Assembly (NCBI GenBank): GCA_951406725.2
Contig: OX597814.1
Coordinates: 216,752,001-216,816,000 of the forward strand
Reading direction: 5' to 3'
DNA length: 64,000 nucleotides
DNA from: Octopus vulgaris
Lineage: Eukaryota
Made by a program: the position numbers and the translations under genes. A model generated the notes under the pieces. It was not told where the DNA came from, made no database searches, and saw only the letters and a list, made by a program, of their open reading frames with translations. Shown here piece after piece: positions 11,864 to 23,987 of the stretch (position 1 is its first letter; every line of letters begins with the position of its first letter).

Positions 11864-14800
11864 ATGATTAAGTTAGGTTGTATAAATGTGCGTGGAATGG
11901 GGTCGAAATGGAAACAGGCGTGTTTTCTGGACGACCTCATTTCACATAGAATCGATGTAGCTATTGTCACCGAGTCCAAGATGAAAGGACCCCAAGCGTT
12001 CTCGCCACTTCTCAATGGTTACGAGAAATTTATTTCTCCTAGCCGAGGGGGAGGTGCAGGCGTGGCAGTCCTTATCAGGAAGAACTTGGACTTACAGGTA
12101 AGTACTGTCTTTCTGGACCCAGAAGGTAGGCTGGTTGTCCTAGATGTGACTCACGTGAGTAAGCAGTCCTTCAGGCTGGTAGCTGTCTACGCTCCTAATG
12201 GGCGTGAGCAGACCGGTTTTTATCGGGAACTGGAGCACTTTCTAGTGACGTCTAAAACTGTAGTCTTGGTAGGGGATTTCAACACTATTCTCGATGTGCG
12301 GGTGGATAGTGTGGGCTCGAACGATAGGAAAGGGAATCCTTGTCTCAAGGCTCTACTAGCGAGCTTTAATCTAGTAGACCGTTTTCGACTGGATGAGCCG
12401 AACGTTCCACAGTGGACGTGGAGTAACAACGACGGCTCACGCAGATCGTACATAGATAGAGTATTTGTTAAGGAACGAGATAGGAATAGTGTTAGCTGTC
12501 CACAATTTTCTGTTGTGCCTTACACGGATCACAAACTTGTGACGTGTGAGGTACAGGTAGATAAATGCCATAGACAGGGTCCCGGGTACTGGAAAATGAA
12601 CAAGTCTACTTTGACTTGTGAAACTTTCCGTACCCGGATTAAAGAATTAGTACAGAGGGCATTATGTGGCACCATCATTAATAATAGATGGTGGCTCGCC
12701 CTCAAAAGAGCCATCCGTTTGGAGTCCATTAGATTTAGCAAGCAGCTAAGTTTACATAGGACTAGAATAGAGGGCAAATTAGTTAAGAACTTAGACGAGG
12801 CAATGGAATCTGGCTGTACATCCGGAGTGTTGGCAGCGAGAGCGGTATTGTACCGTCACCTCAACGCCAAGCATGAGGGGTGTAGAGTCAGAGCTAAGTT
12901 ACGTGCAGGAAAACGAGAAGGTATTAACGTTGCCGGATGGGCCCGTCGTGAGGAGAGTCAAAAGGGCAAAAGGTCCTGTATTAAGTCTTTAACTGACGAG
13001 CAAGGCCGCAAGATCTATGGACAGGAGATGCAGAAGGTCCTTCACCAGCATTTCGCCCGGCTGTTTGGGGACGGTGGTCCGCTCGAGCGAGGGGAAGCCT
13101 TAAAGGACTTCCTAGCCGGGGGGCCTCGGCTCTCGGCACGTGAGGCGGAATGCTGTGAAGGATCGATCTCTCCCGCGGAGGTAAGAGAGGTTATGGCCGA
13201 GTGCGCCGGGGAAAAGTCGCCGGGGTTGGATGGTCTGCCCTATGAATTCTATTGTTGTATGCCGGACTTGTTCGGAGATATACTGGCAAGCGTCTATGCA
13301 AACTGGCAACAGAATGGGAGGATTCCCAGCTCTGTGAGTCGGGGAGTTGTGACGCTGGTCCAGAAAGACCCGAGCAAGGGGGATAGTATTAGTAATTATA
13401 GGCCCATAACTCTACTTAATGTAGAGTTTAAGATTTTGGCCAAGGTGTTAGCAAAAAGGTTGACGGCTGTCGTGGAGAAACTTGTCGGGAAGGCACAGAC
13501 ATGTGCAATCCCTGGCAGGTCGATCCAGGATAATCTTCACCTTCTCCGCTACACTATAGATAGGGTCGGGAAATTAGCCGGCAAAGGAGGGGCATTGGTC
13601 CATTTAGACCAAAGAAAAGCGTTCGATAGGGTAGACCATCGGTACTTGGCGGCGGTCCTCGGGGCGGCTGGGCTGGGCCCTGGCTTCTGCGGGTGGATCT
13701 CAGCTATGTACAGCGGCATCAAGTCCACAGTCCAGATAAACGGTTACCTAACGGAGCCGTTTTCGATCAAGCGTTCAGTTCGTCAAGGGTGTCCCTTGTC
13801 CCCGCTCCTGTATGTTTTGGCTCTTGAGCCATTGCTGCAGAAGCTGGAGAAGTTGGGAGGCAACCCTAATGAAATCGGATGCGGTAAGTCTGTTTCTGCC
13901 TATGCAGATGACGTCACCCTCATCGTGTCCAACGAAGCATAGCTACCTCGGGTAGAAGGTGCTCTCCGAAGATACGAAGCGGTGGCAGGGGCAAAAGTTA
14001 ACAAGGATAAGTCCATCGGTTTGCGCCTCGGCACCTGGGGGAACAAGCCGATATTATCCAGTGTTGTTGGACACTGGACAGATGGTCCTGTTAAATTGCT
14101 CGGAGTTTGGTTTGTCCAGACTCCCAGACGGAGAAGAATTGGAGCGAGGTAGCGAGCAAGGTAGAAGCTTTAGTACGGAAGTGGTCCGGAAGGCATCTTT
14201 CCTTGAAAGGGAGGGCGGAGGTGGCACAGATGTTTATAGCCTCTGTCGTCACCTACCGCCTAACCGTCGTGCCTTGCCCCGATTCGTGGTTAAACAAGTT
14301 GGAACGACTCCTTTTCCGCTTTTTGTGGAAAGGAGGAAAGCCACTTGTGAGACGTTCCGTATGTTGCCAGGAACCGCTAAAGAGTGGGCTGGGGATGCCT
14401 TGGCTAATGATGCGCAAGCATGCGTTGAGGCTGAGACACCTCTGGTGTTACCTGGAGGATGACAAGGTGTGGAGTCCGCTGGCAGAGCAATTCTTCCCGC
14501 AACCGGCCTCTATGGAGAGATTTACACCCGGTCTCATTAAAAGACGTAACCTGACTTCATGGCAGAAGGAGTGCCGACAGGCACTCTGGCTGATCCACAA
14601 GGTGGGCAAGGCCGGCAGCGGGAATACCACCTCGGTGTTCTATAGAGAGCTGGTAGAGGCAACAAATGACGATGTCCTAGGAGGGGCTCTGGAGTTCGAT
14701 GAGAATCAACTCTCCAACCTGTTTAAGAAGACTTTCAGGTCGGAGTATTTGGATAATTACCAAAAATCCCTGACCTGGCAGTGCTATAGGAATGCACTAC

Positions 14801-15236
14801 CTGTTCCAGGAACGGAATGTCAGTGCCACCGACGTGTCCAAGATGTGGGTTGGACGATGAAACCGTTCAACACGCTTTTGTACAATGTCGGGAGCTGTCA
14901 GGCTTGATAAGTTACGTTGAACACGTGTTGTCGCATCTGGGACGAGTACAGCTGTCGGCTGGATCCATGATAAAGATGATACCGCCAACTGGACTCTCAA
15001 AGGAAGGTAAAGCTTGTTTTTACTGTACGGTGGCAGTACTGAAAGAGTGTGTTTGGAGAACCAGAATGGAAGGTCTAGTGAAAGGGTCCTTTGTCTCTGG
15101 CCCCGGTTTGATAAAATACTTCAGATATCATCTGAAGAGCAAGATGGGGTTGGAGAAGAGGAGCCTGCCATAGAAAGAGTATATGAAACGTTGGAAGGAT
15201 GTGATGAGAAAGGTGGGTGATAGTAACCCAGCTTAA
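11864..15236 (+). pseudogene. Tx1 element A ORF2 (APE endonuclease, reverse transcriptase, C-terminal CCHC)
   Basis: CINVRG, VYAPN, GDFN, YTDH (APE). KSPGLDG, YRPITLLN, LDQRKAFDRVDH, VRQGCPLSP, YADD (RT). CPRCGLDDETVQHAFVQC. Stops at 13940 and 15171, frameshifts near 14115 and 14815. Confidence 0.93.
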
Positions 15237-15594
15237 TCATCGAGGAAAGGAAAAATCAGTTGCTGGGATTTATAGGCTGCCGGGTTCAAAATTCGAAACT
15301 GGTACTTCCTATTCCCTTTCACTTTACATATGTTATAATGTCCAAAGATTTTCTGTTTTTAAAATAAAGAAATAATAATAAAAAAACACGCACTTAAAGT
15401 TCTCGTGATAAAGGCAAAATTAAGCCAAGGTTTCGTTTCAAGGCAAAGTAAGACAAGTTTTCGTTCACGTTACATAAAATTTAATTTTTATAATTTTCAA
15501 TATCATTCGAACTCGCATAACATTTTTTGTAATTGTTTTGTCCTGTAATGTCCAATTCTATGTTAAATCACTTGATTATAATAAAGATTTTGTC

Positions 15595-16866
15595 AACAGC
15601 GGACTATTTTTTTGTTTGTGTCGGAAATTTTGATTACGTTATTGTTGTATCGCGGTTGTGAGTTCGAATTCGTTGGTGGAAGCGGTTGCGGCGTGGTGAA
15701 TTGTTGGAGGTTTTTTTTTCGAAAATGCAAACCCAAACGTATGCGGGAGCAGCAGGCAAGGGCCTGGCTGCAAGCGAACTGCAGTTGGAAGAAGTGGTCG
15801 TCGAGAAGGAGATTTTGAAGAAATATTTTGACAGCTTCAAGAAGGAAGGTGACTGTGTGAGGGTCACACCACCTGAAGACGAAGCGAACGAAGCAAAGAA
15901 GCGTATTATAACATACAGAACGTGGAGCGTGGCTTCGAAGAAAATAGAAATGGCAGAGGTGGGGGAAATCGAGAGATGTCTGCAGGGAATTGAAGGAGAA
16001 ACTACCTTCTTCAATAGAGGTAGAAAATACGCAACAGTAGTCGTTCATTTTAAAAACGAAGACGAAGCGAAGAGGAATGCCACGAAAATATCGAAAACTG
16101 AAAAATGGGTGTTATTACCTAGCTATTGTGGAAAAGGGCTGTAAGAATACGAATCAGTAAAATTACACCGGAGCTGAACATGGAAAGAATTTTAGAGGCA
16201 GTGGTATTCAACTGCAAAGAAAGCGTTGATATATTGAAAGTAGAAAAGTCGAAAGAAGTCAAGTGGTGGGGTTATGCGGTGCAGGCGTTGGTTCACATTA
16301 CCATGCCAGACATGTATAACATCCCAGAGGAGTTGGTGTTCCCCGGCGAGACACGTCTCAGAGTCGTGGTGGAGGGGAGACCCCCAGTGTGTTACAAATG
16401 CAAAATTAGAGGCCACATGAAGGATATGTGTCCGCTAAGAGAAGTACAGGAGAAAACGATAACACTGGAGGCTTTAACGGAGGAGTTACAAAATGCGTAT
16501 ATGGAAGAAGAAATCGTGACTACAGATAATGAGGAAAGTTGTGACGAGCTGGAGAATGAAAAGGAAAGAACAGAAGGAAAAGAAGATAGAAAGAGAACGC
16601 GGGTGGAATCACCACCTAAAGTACAACAAAAAAAAAGAAGAAAAAAACAAAAAGAAGACTACCGACGAAATAGAGGTTCGAACGTGCGAAGAGAAGGATG
16701 CAGAAGCGAAAGCGAGTGTAGTTTGAAGGCGGCAGGAGGAGGAGAGAAAATGGGAAAGTAAAGTGGATGATTGGCTGAGAGTATGTAGGGAAAGAAGTAG
16801 ACGAAAAGGAAGAAATCTGAAAGCGGTAATGTTGTACAAGAAGGACAAAGAAATTGGGAAGAAGTT
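15595..16866 (+). mobile_element. 5' part of a second, divergent Tx1 element B (5' UTR plus frameshifted ORF1)
   Basis: Starts AACAGCGGAC like element A. ORF1 from ATG 15725 shares LLPxYxG..VxI and RVxVEG.PPxCYKCKIRGHMKDMC with element A. Truncated where the mariner begins. Confidence 0.85.
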
Positions 16867-17488
16867 GAAAAATTTTGACTCATCTTCTTGGCACATCTCC
16901 AAATTCATCCTCGAGCACTCGACGCGTTCTTGCTTCTGGAAAGGTGTGAGCAACATGGGAATCCATCTGGCAGACACCTTTTGCATATGCAAATGGTCAT
17001 GAATGATAGTTTCCACAGACCCGGTACTAATCTTGACCTCATGGGCTATTTGGCGAATAGTTATGCGTCGATCTTCCAAAATGGCAGCCTCAACTTGACG
17101 GACAGATGCCTCATCAATGGCAGAAGGAGGGTGACCAGATCTGGGGGCTGTTTCCACAGAGTTCCGACCATGTTTGAATTCACGATGCCAGCGTTTTACA
17201 AGGTCATATGATGGGGCATCATTATCATAAGTTACTTTCATTTCATCAAAAGTCTCCCGTGGTGTGCGTCCTTTCAAATACAAAACCCGGATCACTGCTC
17301 GACACTCAACAGGCTCCATTTCACACATGACTCAGTTCAAACACCTGTAAATCAGAAACCACAATTAGTTCAGAGCTGTAATTTGCCACGTAATCTATAG
17401 AGATATGAATAACTGCACATGCAAAATTTCAGCTAGATCAAACACCTGGAAGAGGGTCAGGGGCATTACTTACTGAACGTCCCTCGTA
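16866..17488 (-). mobile_element. Mariner transposon, 5' half only (TIR plus N-terminal HTH transposase)
   Basis: Minus strand starts TACGAGGGACGTTCAGTAAGTAATG in a TA context. Protein RAVIRVLYLKG...VKRWHREFKHGR...PRSG.P...KVSARWIPMLLT. The DDD domain is missing. Confidence 0.88.
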
Positions 17489-17526
17489 TATATAAATGCA
17501 CACATAACGATGTATATATATATCTG

Positions 17527-17561
<35 letters not shown>

Positions 17562-17717
17562 TTATATAGGTGTGTGCAGTAGTAGGTGTAGTAGAAATAG
17601 TGGTGGTAGTGGTGGTTGTGGTGGAGGTGACAATACATAGATTTTGCTGTTGTTTCTAGCTCATCGTTTAACCATCTTCTGCCTTCCACGTCTTTCTCTA
17701 CATGTACTTAAAGAAGA

Positions 17718-17870
<153 letters not shown>

Positions 17871-18160
17871 CACAAAACACATTGAGTGAGTGAGAGAGAG
17901 CATAATCAAAATAACCAGATAAAACTTTGTTTTTTACGTAGATCTGTATTTATGTCTGTGATTGTGTCTGTGTGTGTTTGTGTCATTCTATACACATGTC
18001 CTTGCCGTCTCTTTTTATATGTATTTGTGTGTATATTGATACACACAAATATACATACATATACATAGGGTTAGTGTTAGGGTATATAAGAAGAGAAGGA
18101 AAGGTCATGTGTATGCACGCACAGTAACACACACGAATATATATATATGTGTGTGTGTGA

Positions 18161-18238
<78 letters not shown>

Positions 18239-18269
18239 TTTTATGTATATATGTAAACAAATATATGTA

Positions 18270-21200
18270 ATTAGCAGCTGAACAGCAATCTTTTTTGTGC
18301 ATGGCACAAAGAATTGTTCAGCAGCTGACCTGGCTGCAAGCACAAAGCTGGAACTACCACCACATAAGGCCACCACCAACAGATGCAGGATGGCCACCAC
18401 AGACACCAACACCAAGACACACACCACAAAAATATTTCTACTGAAAGTAGGAGGGCTGCTGCGCGGAAACTGTAAAAGGAAAATCTCATTCCCGAGAGAC
18501 CTTGTGACATGCAATCAAGCTATATGCATGGCACTTACAGAAACGCATCTTGAACCCGATATAGGTGACGCAGAAATACACATCCCACAATATGCAGTCA
18601 TACGCACAGATAGAAAAGGGAGGAGCCATGATGGAATTGCAATGTACATCCGAGATGACCTCACGCCCCAGGTCCTGTTGTCATATTCAAACTCAGTGTG
18701 TGAAACTCAGATTGTACACATAAGACAACTGAATATCGTCATATGCACTACATATCGCCCACCAGATGCCCCAAATCACTCAGGCATGTTTGAAGACTGC
18801 CTAACAAAAATAGAAGTCCTCACCAACCTTGAACAACACAACAGTGTATTCTTCATGGGTGACTTTAACTTCCCCAATGTGGAATGGCATGGGGGGCAGA
18901 TGCTCTCAGGGATGACACACCATCAGCAGGCACAGGCAGAGTCCCTGCTCCATCTCACAAATGCCTCTTTCATGGAGCAAATAGTTTTGCAACCAACAAG
19001 GGCAGATAATATATCGGATCTCTGCTTCACAAACAATATGAATATTATCCATAATGTTAATGTAATGCCGACAATGATCTCGGATCACAACATAATAGAG
19101 CTGTCTATGTATGGAACAAAAGCCCCCGTAGACACAGCCTATACGAAGCATCCACCATCTCTCCAACTTAAACTTTCATAAAGCAAACTGGAAGTTGATT
19201 GAGAAAGAGATCCTCAAACAGGATTGGCCTAAATGTCTCTCCACACCGGACATTAACATGAAACACAAACACTTCATGTCCATAATACAAGCCATATGTG
19301 ACAAATATGTCCCAGTGTGCAGGGCCAGCACACACAAAAACCAAAATAGGATCCCTAGAGAAAGGAAGATTCTTATGAGACAACGGACAAGGATTGCGAA
19401 CCGCCTGAGCAAGCACACCAAAAGGGGTGAGAAGTCTCGGGTCGAGAGAATGCTAATGGAAATTGAGAAAAGTCTGCATCAGTCCCATGAAAAGGAGAGA
19501 GCAGATAAAGAAGCTTGGGTAATAGAAAATATAAAATCAAACCCTAAAGCTTTCTTTAAGTTTGCCAAAGAGACAGCCTCACAGTGCACCAGAGAATAGG
19601 ACCTCTCTTCCAAAAAGATGGCTCTCTCACAGGAAATCCCACAAGGATAAGTGAAATACTGAACGAACAATTCCAAAGTGTGTTCACTACACCTCTAGGA
19701 CACAGGCAAGTAAACAACCCAGAAGAATTCTTTGCCACTTTACCTGCGGCCAAAGAGACAAAAATTGAGTACATCAACATCGAAGATGATGATATCACAC
19801 TAGCCATTGATGAGATTGACACAAACTCAGCTGCTGGACCTGATGGATTCCCAGCGATCCTTCTCAAATCGTGCAAACGAGCCCTTGCAAAACCGCTACA
19901 GCTTCTTTTTCAGAGCTTTCTTGCAAGTGGTAAGCTCCCAGTCAAATTGAAAGAGGGGGTAATATACCCTATCCATAAGGGGAGGTAGCAGAGCAGATGC
20001 TAAAAATTATAGGCCTATCTCTCTGACCTCACACATCAGCAAAGTCATGGAACGAATAGTCCGTAAGAAACTAATCATGTTCCTTGAAGAAAATGACTTG
20101 CTGTCTGACACCCAGCATGGATTTCGACCAGGTAGAAGCTGCCTAACACAGCTCATGCAACACTATGACTGGGTATTGAAACAGCTACTAAATGGCTCAA
20201 ATGTGGATGTAATATATCTCGACTTTGCAAAAGTCTTTGATAAAGTCGACCATGGTATGATCTGTCACAAACTGCGTGGTCTCGGCATAGGCGGAAAACT
20301 TGGAGAGTGGCTGCACAACTTCCTAAAAGACAGAAAACAGGCAGTTGTGAGCAATGGAGCCACCTCCAAGGAAACACAAATAACAAGCGGTGTCCCACGG
20401 GGCACTGTCTTGGGGCCACTGATGTTCATAGTGGCCCTTTCAGACATGCCTTCAGTTGCTACGATGACCACCCTTGCTAGCTATGCAGATGACACAAAAG
20501 ACTCCCACACAATACAAAACCCTGAAAATATTGCGCATCTGCAACAGGAGTTGGACACAATATACAGGTGGGCTGAGGACAACAACATGCAGTTTAATGC
20601 AGGTAAGTTCCAGGCCCTGCGCTACCGGCACACAAAGGTAAACGACGTGCAGACTGGATACACTGGCCCACGAAGAATTGCAATCCCTGAGTCAAAATCA
20701 GTGCGTGACCTGGGCATTGACATGAGCAATGATGCATCTTTCCAAGTGCATATTACTAATCTGGTGATAGAATGCAGACGGCTAGCTGGATGGATTATCC
20801 GAACTTTCAGAACAAGAGAGAAGGAGACACTGATGGTCCTATGGAAAACATTCGTCCTCAGCCGCTTGGACTACTGCTCCCAACTATGGTCACCACACAA
20901 TATAAAACTAACAGCAGAACTCGAAGCAATTCAGAGAAGCTACACAAAAGAAAATCGTCTCAATGCAAAATATCAGCTACTGGGAAAGACTGAAGGTATT
21001 AAACCTCTTCTCCCTAGAGCGGAGGCGGAAGAGATGTGCGGTGATATACATCTGGAAAATCCTGGAGGGTCTTGTCCCAAACTTTGGCATTCAAAGTTAC
21101 CCCAACCGCAGAACGGGGCGCCACTGCATGGTGCCAAAGATTCCAACATCACCATCAAAATACAGGTCCAGATACTGCAACAGCTTGGGTTTCAGAGGAC

Positions 21201-21463
21201 CACAGCTCTTTAACATCCTCCTAAATGCCTAAATGGTGTGGATGTGGGTTTCTTTAAAACTAAACTGGATCTCCTCTTGTCGGGAGTCCCAGATGAACTT
21301 ACCTCACGACAGGAGACGCAGATGCGGGCAGCAGCGTCGAACTCCCTTGTTGATCAAGTGCCACGTATCAGAGGTGGATTCACATATTAGTGTAGTTCAT
21401 TCAGCGGTGGTGCCCCAGCATGGCCGCGGCCTTCGGGCTAAAACAGTTTTAAGGATTTAAGGA
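18270..21463 (+). mobile_element. CR1-group LINE, 5'-truncated ORF2 with frameshifts
   Basis: APE motifs ALTETHL, YRPP, MGDFN, ISDHN. RT motifs AAGPDG, YRPISLTS, QHGFRPGRSC, YLDFAKVFDKVDH, GVPRGTVLGP, YADD, LDYCSQLWSP. The 3' end has GCC-TTCG-GGC hairpin and a (TTTAAGGA)2 tail. Confidence 0.92.
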
Positions 21464-21550
21464 AATATACATATAAGATATATTTATATACATATCTATG
21501 TATATATAAACACATATATCTTTACATATATATAAAAGCACATGCATATG

Positions 21551-21613
<63 letters not shown>

Positions 21614-21615
<2 letters not shown>

Positions 21616-21775
21616 CGCAAGGGTGTTTGTGTGGTAAGTATACCAACGACATAATTCCAGGTTCAGTCCCACTGCGTGTCACATTGGGCAATTTTCTTCT
21701 ACTATAGCCCCAGGCCGACCAAAGCTTTGTAAGTGGATTTGGTAGACGGAAATTTAAAGAAGCCCGTCGTATATA
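21614..21775 (+). mobile_element. tRNA-derived SINE head and core
   Basis: ggcgcaagggtg..tgtggtaag, GGTTCAGTCCC B box, ttgggcaa core, tggatttggtagacggaaa..gaagcccgtcgtatata. Same family as 51566 and 58760. Confidence 0.8.
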
Positions 21776-21776
21776 C

Positions 21777-23420
21777 AAATCAGGTCTAACCTCCCTTTAC
21801 AGTTCCGTGAAGCCGTAGTAAGGAACTTTCCCAGGAATTCTAGGTATTACTCTACTATCAATTCGCATAAGGTGAGGATTGCATTCTCCAACACTAGAAA
21901 TCTATCGCAGATAATTGCCTCCCATAATAATAAGCTGCTAAATAAGGACTCATTACCCAGGAGTAGCGACACTGCCCTTACCAATTCCAACTTAACATAC
22001 AATAATAATAATAATAGAAATAGTATTGATATTAGCAACATTCATAGCAGCATTGGCGTTAACAATAGTAATAATAATAATAATAATATTAGCCGGATTA
22101 TTAACAGTGGTGGTGTTAGTGGTAACAGTAACAGCATTTCTAATAACAGTTGTATTATTGATGATAACAATACCAGCATTCCTATAGTCAGAGAAATTGC
22201 CGACGATATTACAATTAATAGTAATGATAATAAGATGAATAGTATCGTGGCCAATACTAGCAACAATATTTACACCTATCATAACAAGAAAAACTCTGTC
22301 TTAGTATCGGAGGTTAACCCCAACAGATTAAAGTTCTTATCCAAAAATTCCAAAATTAGAAACACCATTTATCAGTGCAAAATTTCTTCTGGAACCGATG
22401 TCTTCTTCTACATTGGAGCAACTTCTTCTTAATTAGCCCAAAGGATCTCCAATCATTATTCAACTTTCCGAGATAAGAGAAAACAACACAGCACGGGACT
22501 AAGTAAATTAGTTTGGCGTCTGAAGGACAGCAATACAACTTTCAAGCTGGAATGGTCCATATTGTCGGTGTCCTTTCCGTTTGATAAGGGCAGAAAACTT
22601 TGTGGCGTCTGTAATTCCGAACTTTTTCATATTTTGTTCGCCAAAGTCCCTTTAATAAATACAATCGTCGAGAGGTCCTACAGGTCCATGCACTGGCAAA
22701 AACACACCTTTCACTCATATGAATAATGATTAATATAGATAACCCCTTGAATTTTAATTAATATAACTCCTTTTTTATATATTTCACCCCCATAGTCAAA
22801 AATCTTTTTTTTTTTACACTTTCAAAGAACTACTACCCAACCCAGTGAGGTATGTGTTACCTTTGTCCCTCTACCTCGCCCTCCTCTTTCTCTCTCTTTC
22901 TCTCTCTCTTTCCCTCTATCTATAGTAAGCACCATCAAACACACAGACACAAACCTGTCACCTCACCACTGTCTGTTTTCTGACATCTACCCATCCACAT
23001 ACACAATCATGCACACACATACACACACACACACATTAATGTAGTTATATACAGTCACACACACAGGCACTCATTCACAAAAGAAAATAACAAAACTCAC
23101 CATTCATACGACCTGCACCCTTTCACCTTCCTATTCTTATGCCTCTCCTCCAACTTCGTTTGAACCTTTGAACCTTTATAACCTTCTACATCCCACCATT
23201 TTGACGTCACTCCTTATAAAGGAATATTTTAAAGAGACACTCATTATCGCCATGGGCTCCGTGTGAGCAATCATCTAGAAGTTTTTTGTGCATTTTGATG
23301 TTGACATAAGATCCTTGCTTTACCTGATGAGAAAGCGGCATAATGTACTCCTCATTCCTTCGCAATTGGGAATATGCAGCCTTCGAAACATATGTCGAAA
23401 ATAAAGGAATTTTGTTAATT
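21777..23420 (+). mobile_element. Penelope-like element 3' part: GIY-YIG endonuclease pseudo-ORF plus pseudo-LTR with hammerhead
   Basis: Frame 21872-22726 (one stop at 22430): VRIAFSNTRNLSQIIASHNNKLL..[Asn-rich]..NTIYQCKI..FFYIGATSS*LAQRISNHYSTFR..STGLSKLVWRLK..LEWSIL..CGVCNSE, typical of PLE GIY-YIG domains. Confidence 0.85.
23318..23402 (+). ncRNA. Type I hammerhead ribozyme motif (Penelope pLTR)
   Basis: CTGATGA 23324-23330; stem II gaaagcggcat/atgcagccttc (2 mismatches); GAAA; palindromic stem III ACATATGT; GTC site; imperfect stem I tttac/gaaaa; followed by AATAAA. Confidence 0.7.
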
Positions 23421-23655
23421 CGTCGTTCAACTCCATTCTTTCATATATTTATATTTTTAAAATAAACCTACAAATTTCCACACGAAAGCACGTAATCTAT
23501 GCCCTAGGCACGTAACTTCAACCGTGTTTTTTCTGATGTGAATTTGCTACCCAGGTATCGGTTAATTCGAATTATCCATAAGATAATTCATTCAACTACT
23601 CAAAATATATATATATATATATGTATTTATATATATATGTATATATGTATGTATG

Positions 23656-23703
<48 letters not shown>

Positions 23704-23872
23704 TAATTGTTATCGCCATATTAATATGCCAGTCTTATAGATATAAGACTAAAAGCTGTCGCTGATTAGCTCCATGAGGCCATCGCCTTAAGATAGCTAT
23801 TTGACACACAAACTGTGTCCATTATAACCTTCGAACAAGGGAGGTCAGCCGCTTCACACTGCTAGTCAGACA

Positions 23873-23915
23873 GCTACAGACGCGTTTCAGGGTATTTGCC
23901 CTTTGTCAATGTAGC
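23873..23915 (-). ncRNA. Decayed minimal type I hammerhead
   Basis: Minus strand GCTACA-TTGACAA-AGGG caaata CCCT-GAAAC GC GTC-TGTAGC. All stems pair, but the CUGANGA core is mutated. Confidence 0.55.
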
Positions 23916-23987
23916 GTAGTCGACCCAGCAGGTGTCGCCACTGATCGTCTCTGTTCGAATGTTTTATTTACCGAAACTAGGTAAACA

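Larger units (their letters stand above)
10048..15594 (+). mobile_element. Near full-length Tx1-clade (L1 superclade) non-LTR retrotransposon A, inactivated
   Basis: 5' UTR starts AACAGCGGAC; gag-like ORF1 with zinc knuckle; ORF2 APE-RT-CCHC; AT-rich 3' UTR with AATAAA at ~15580. Confidence 0.92.

Noticed and set aside
21614-21690. tRNA genes at A/B-box sequences
   Set aside because: No cloverleaf. They continue into SINE core sequence, so they are SINE heads.
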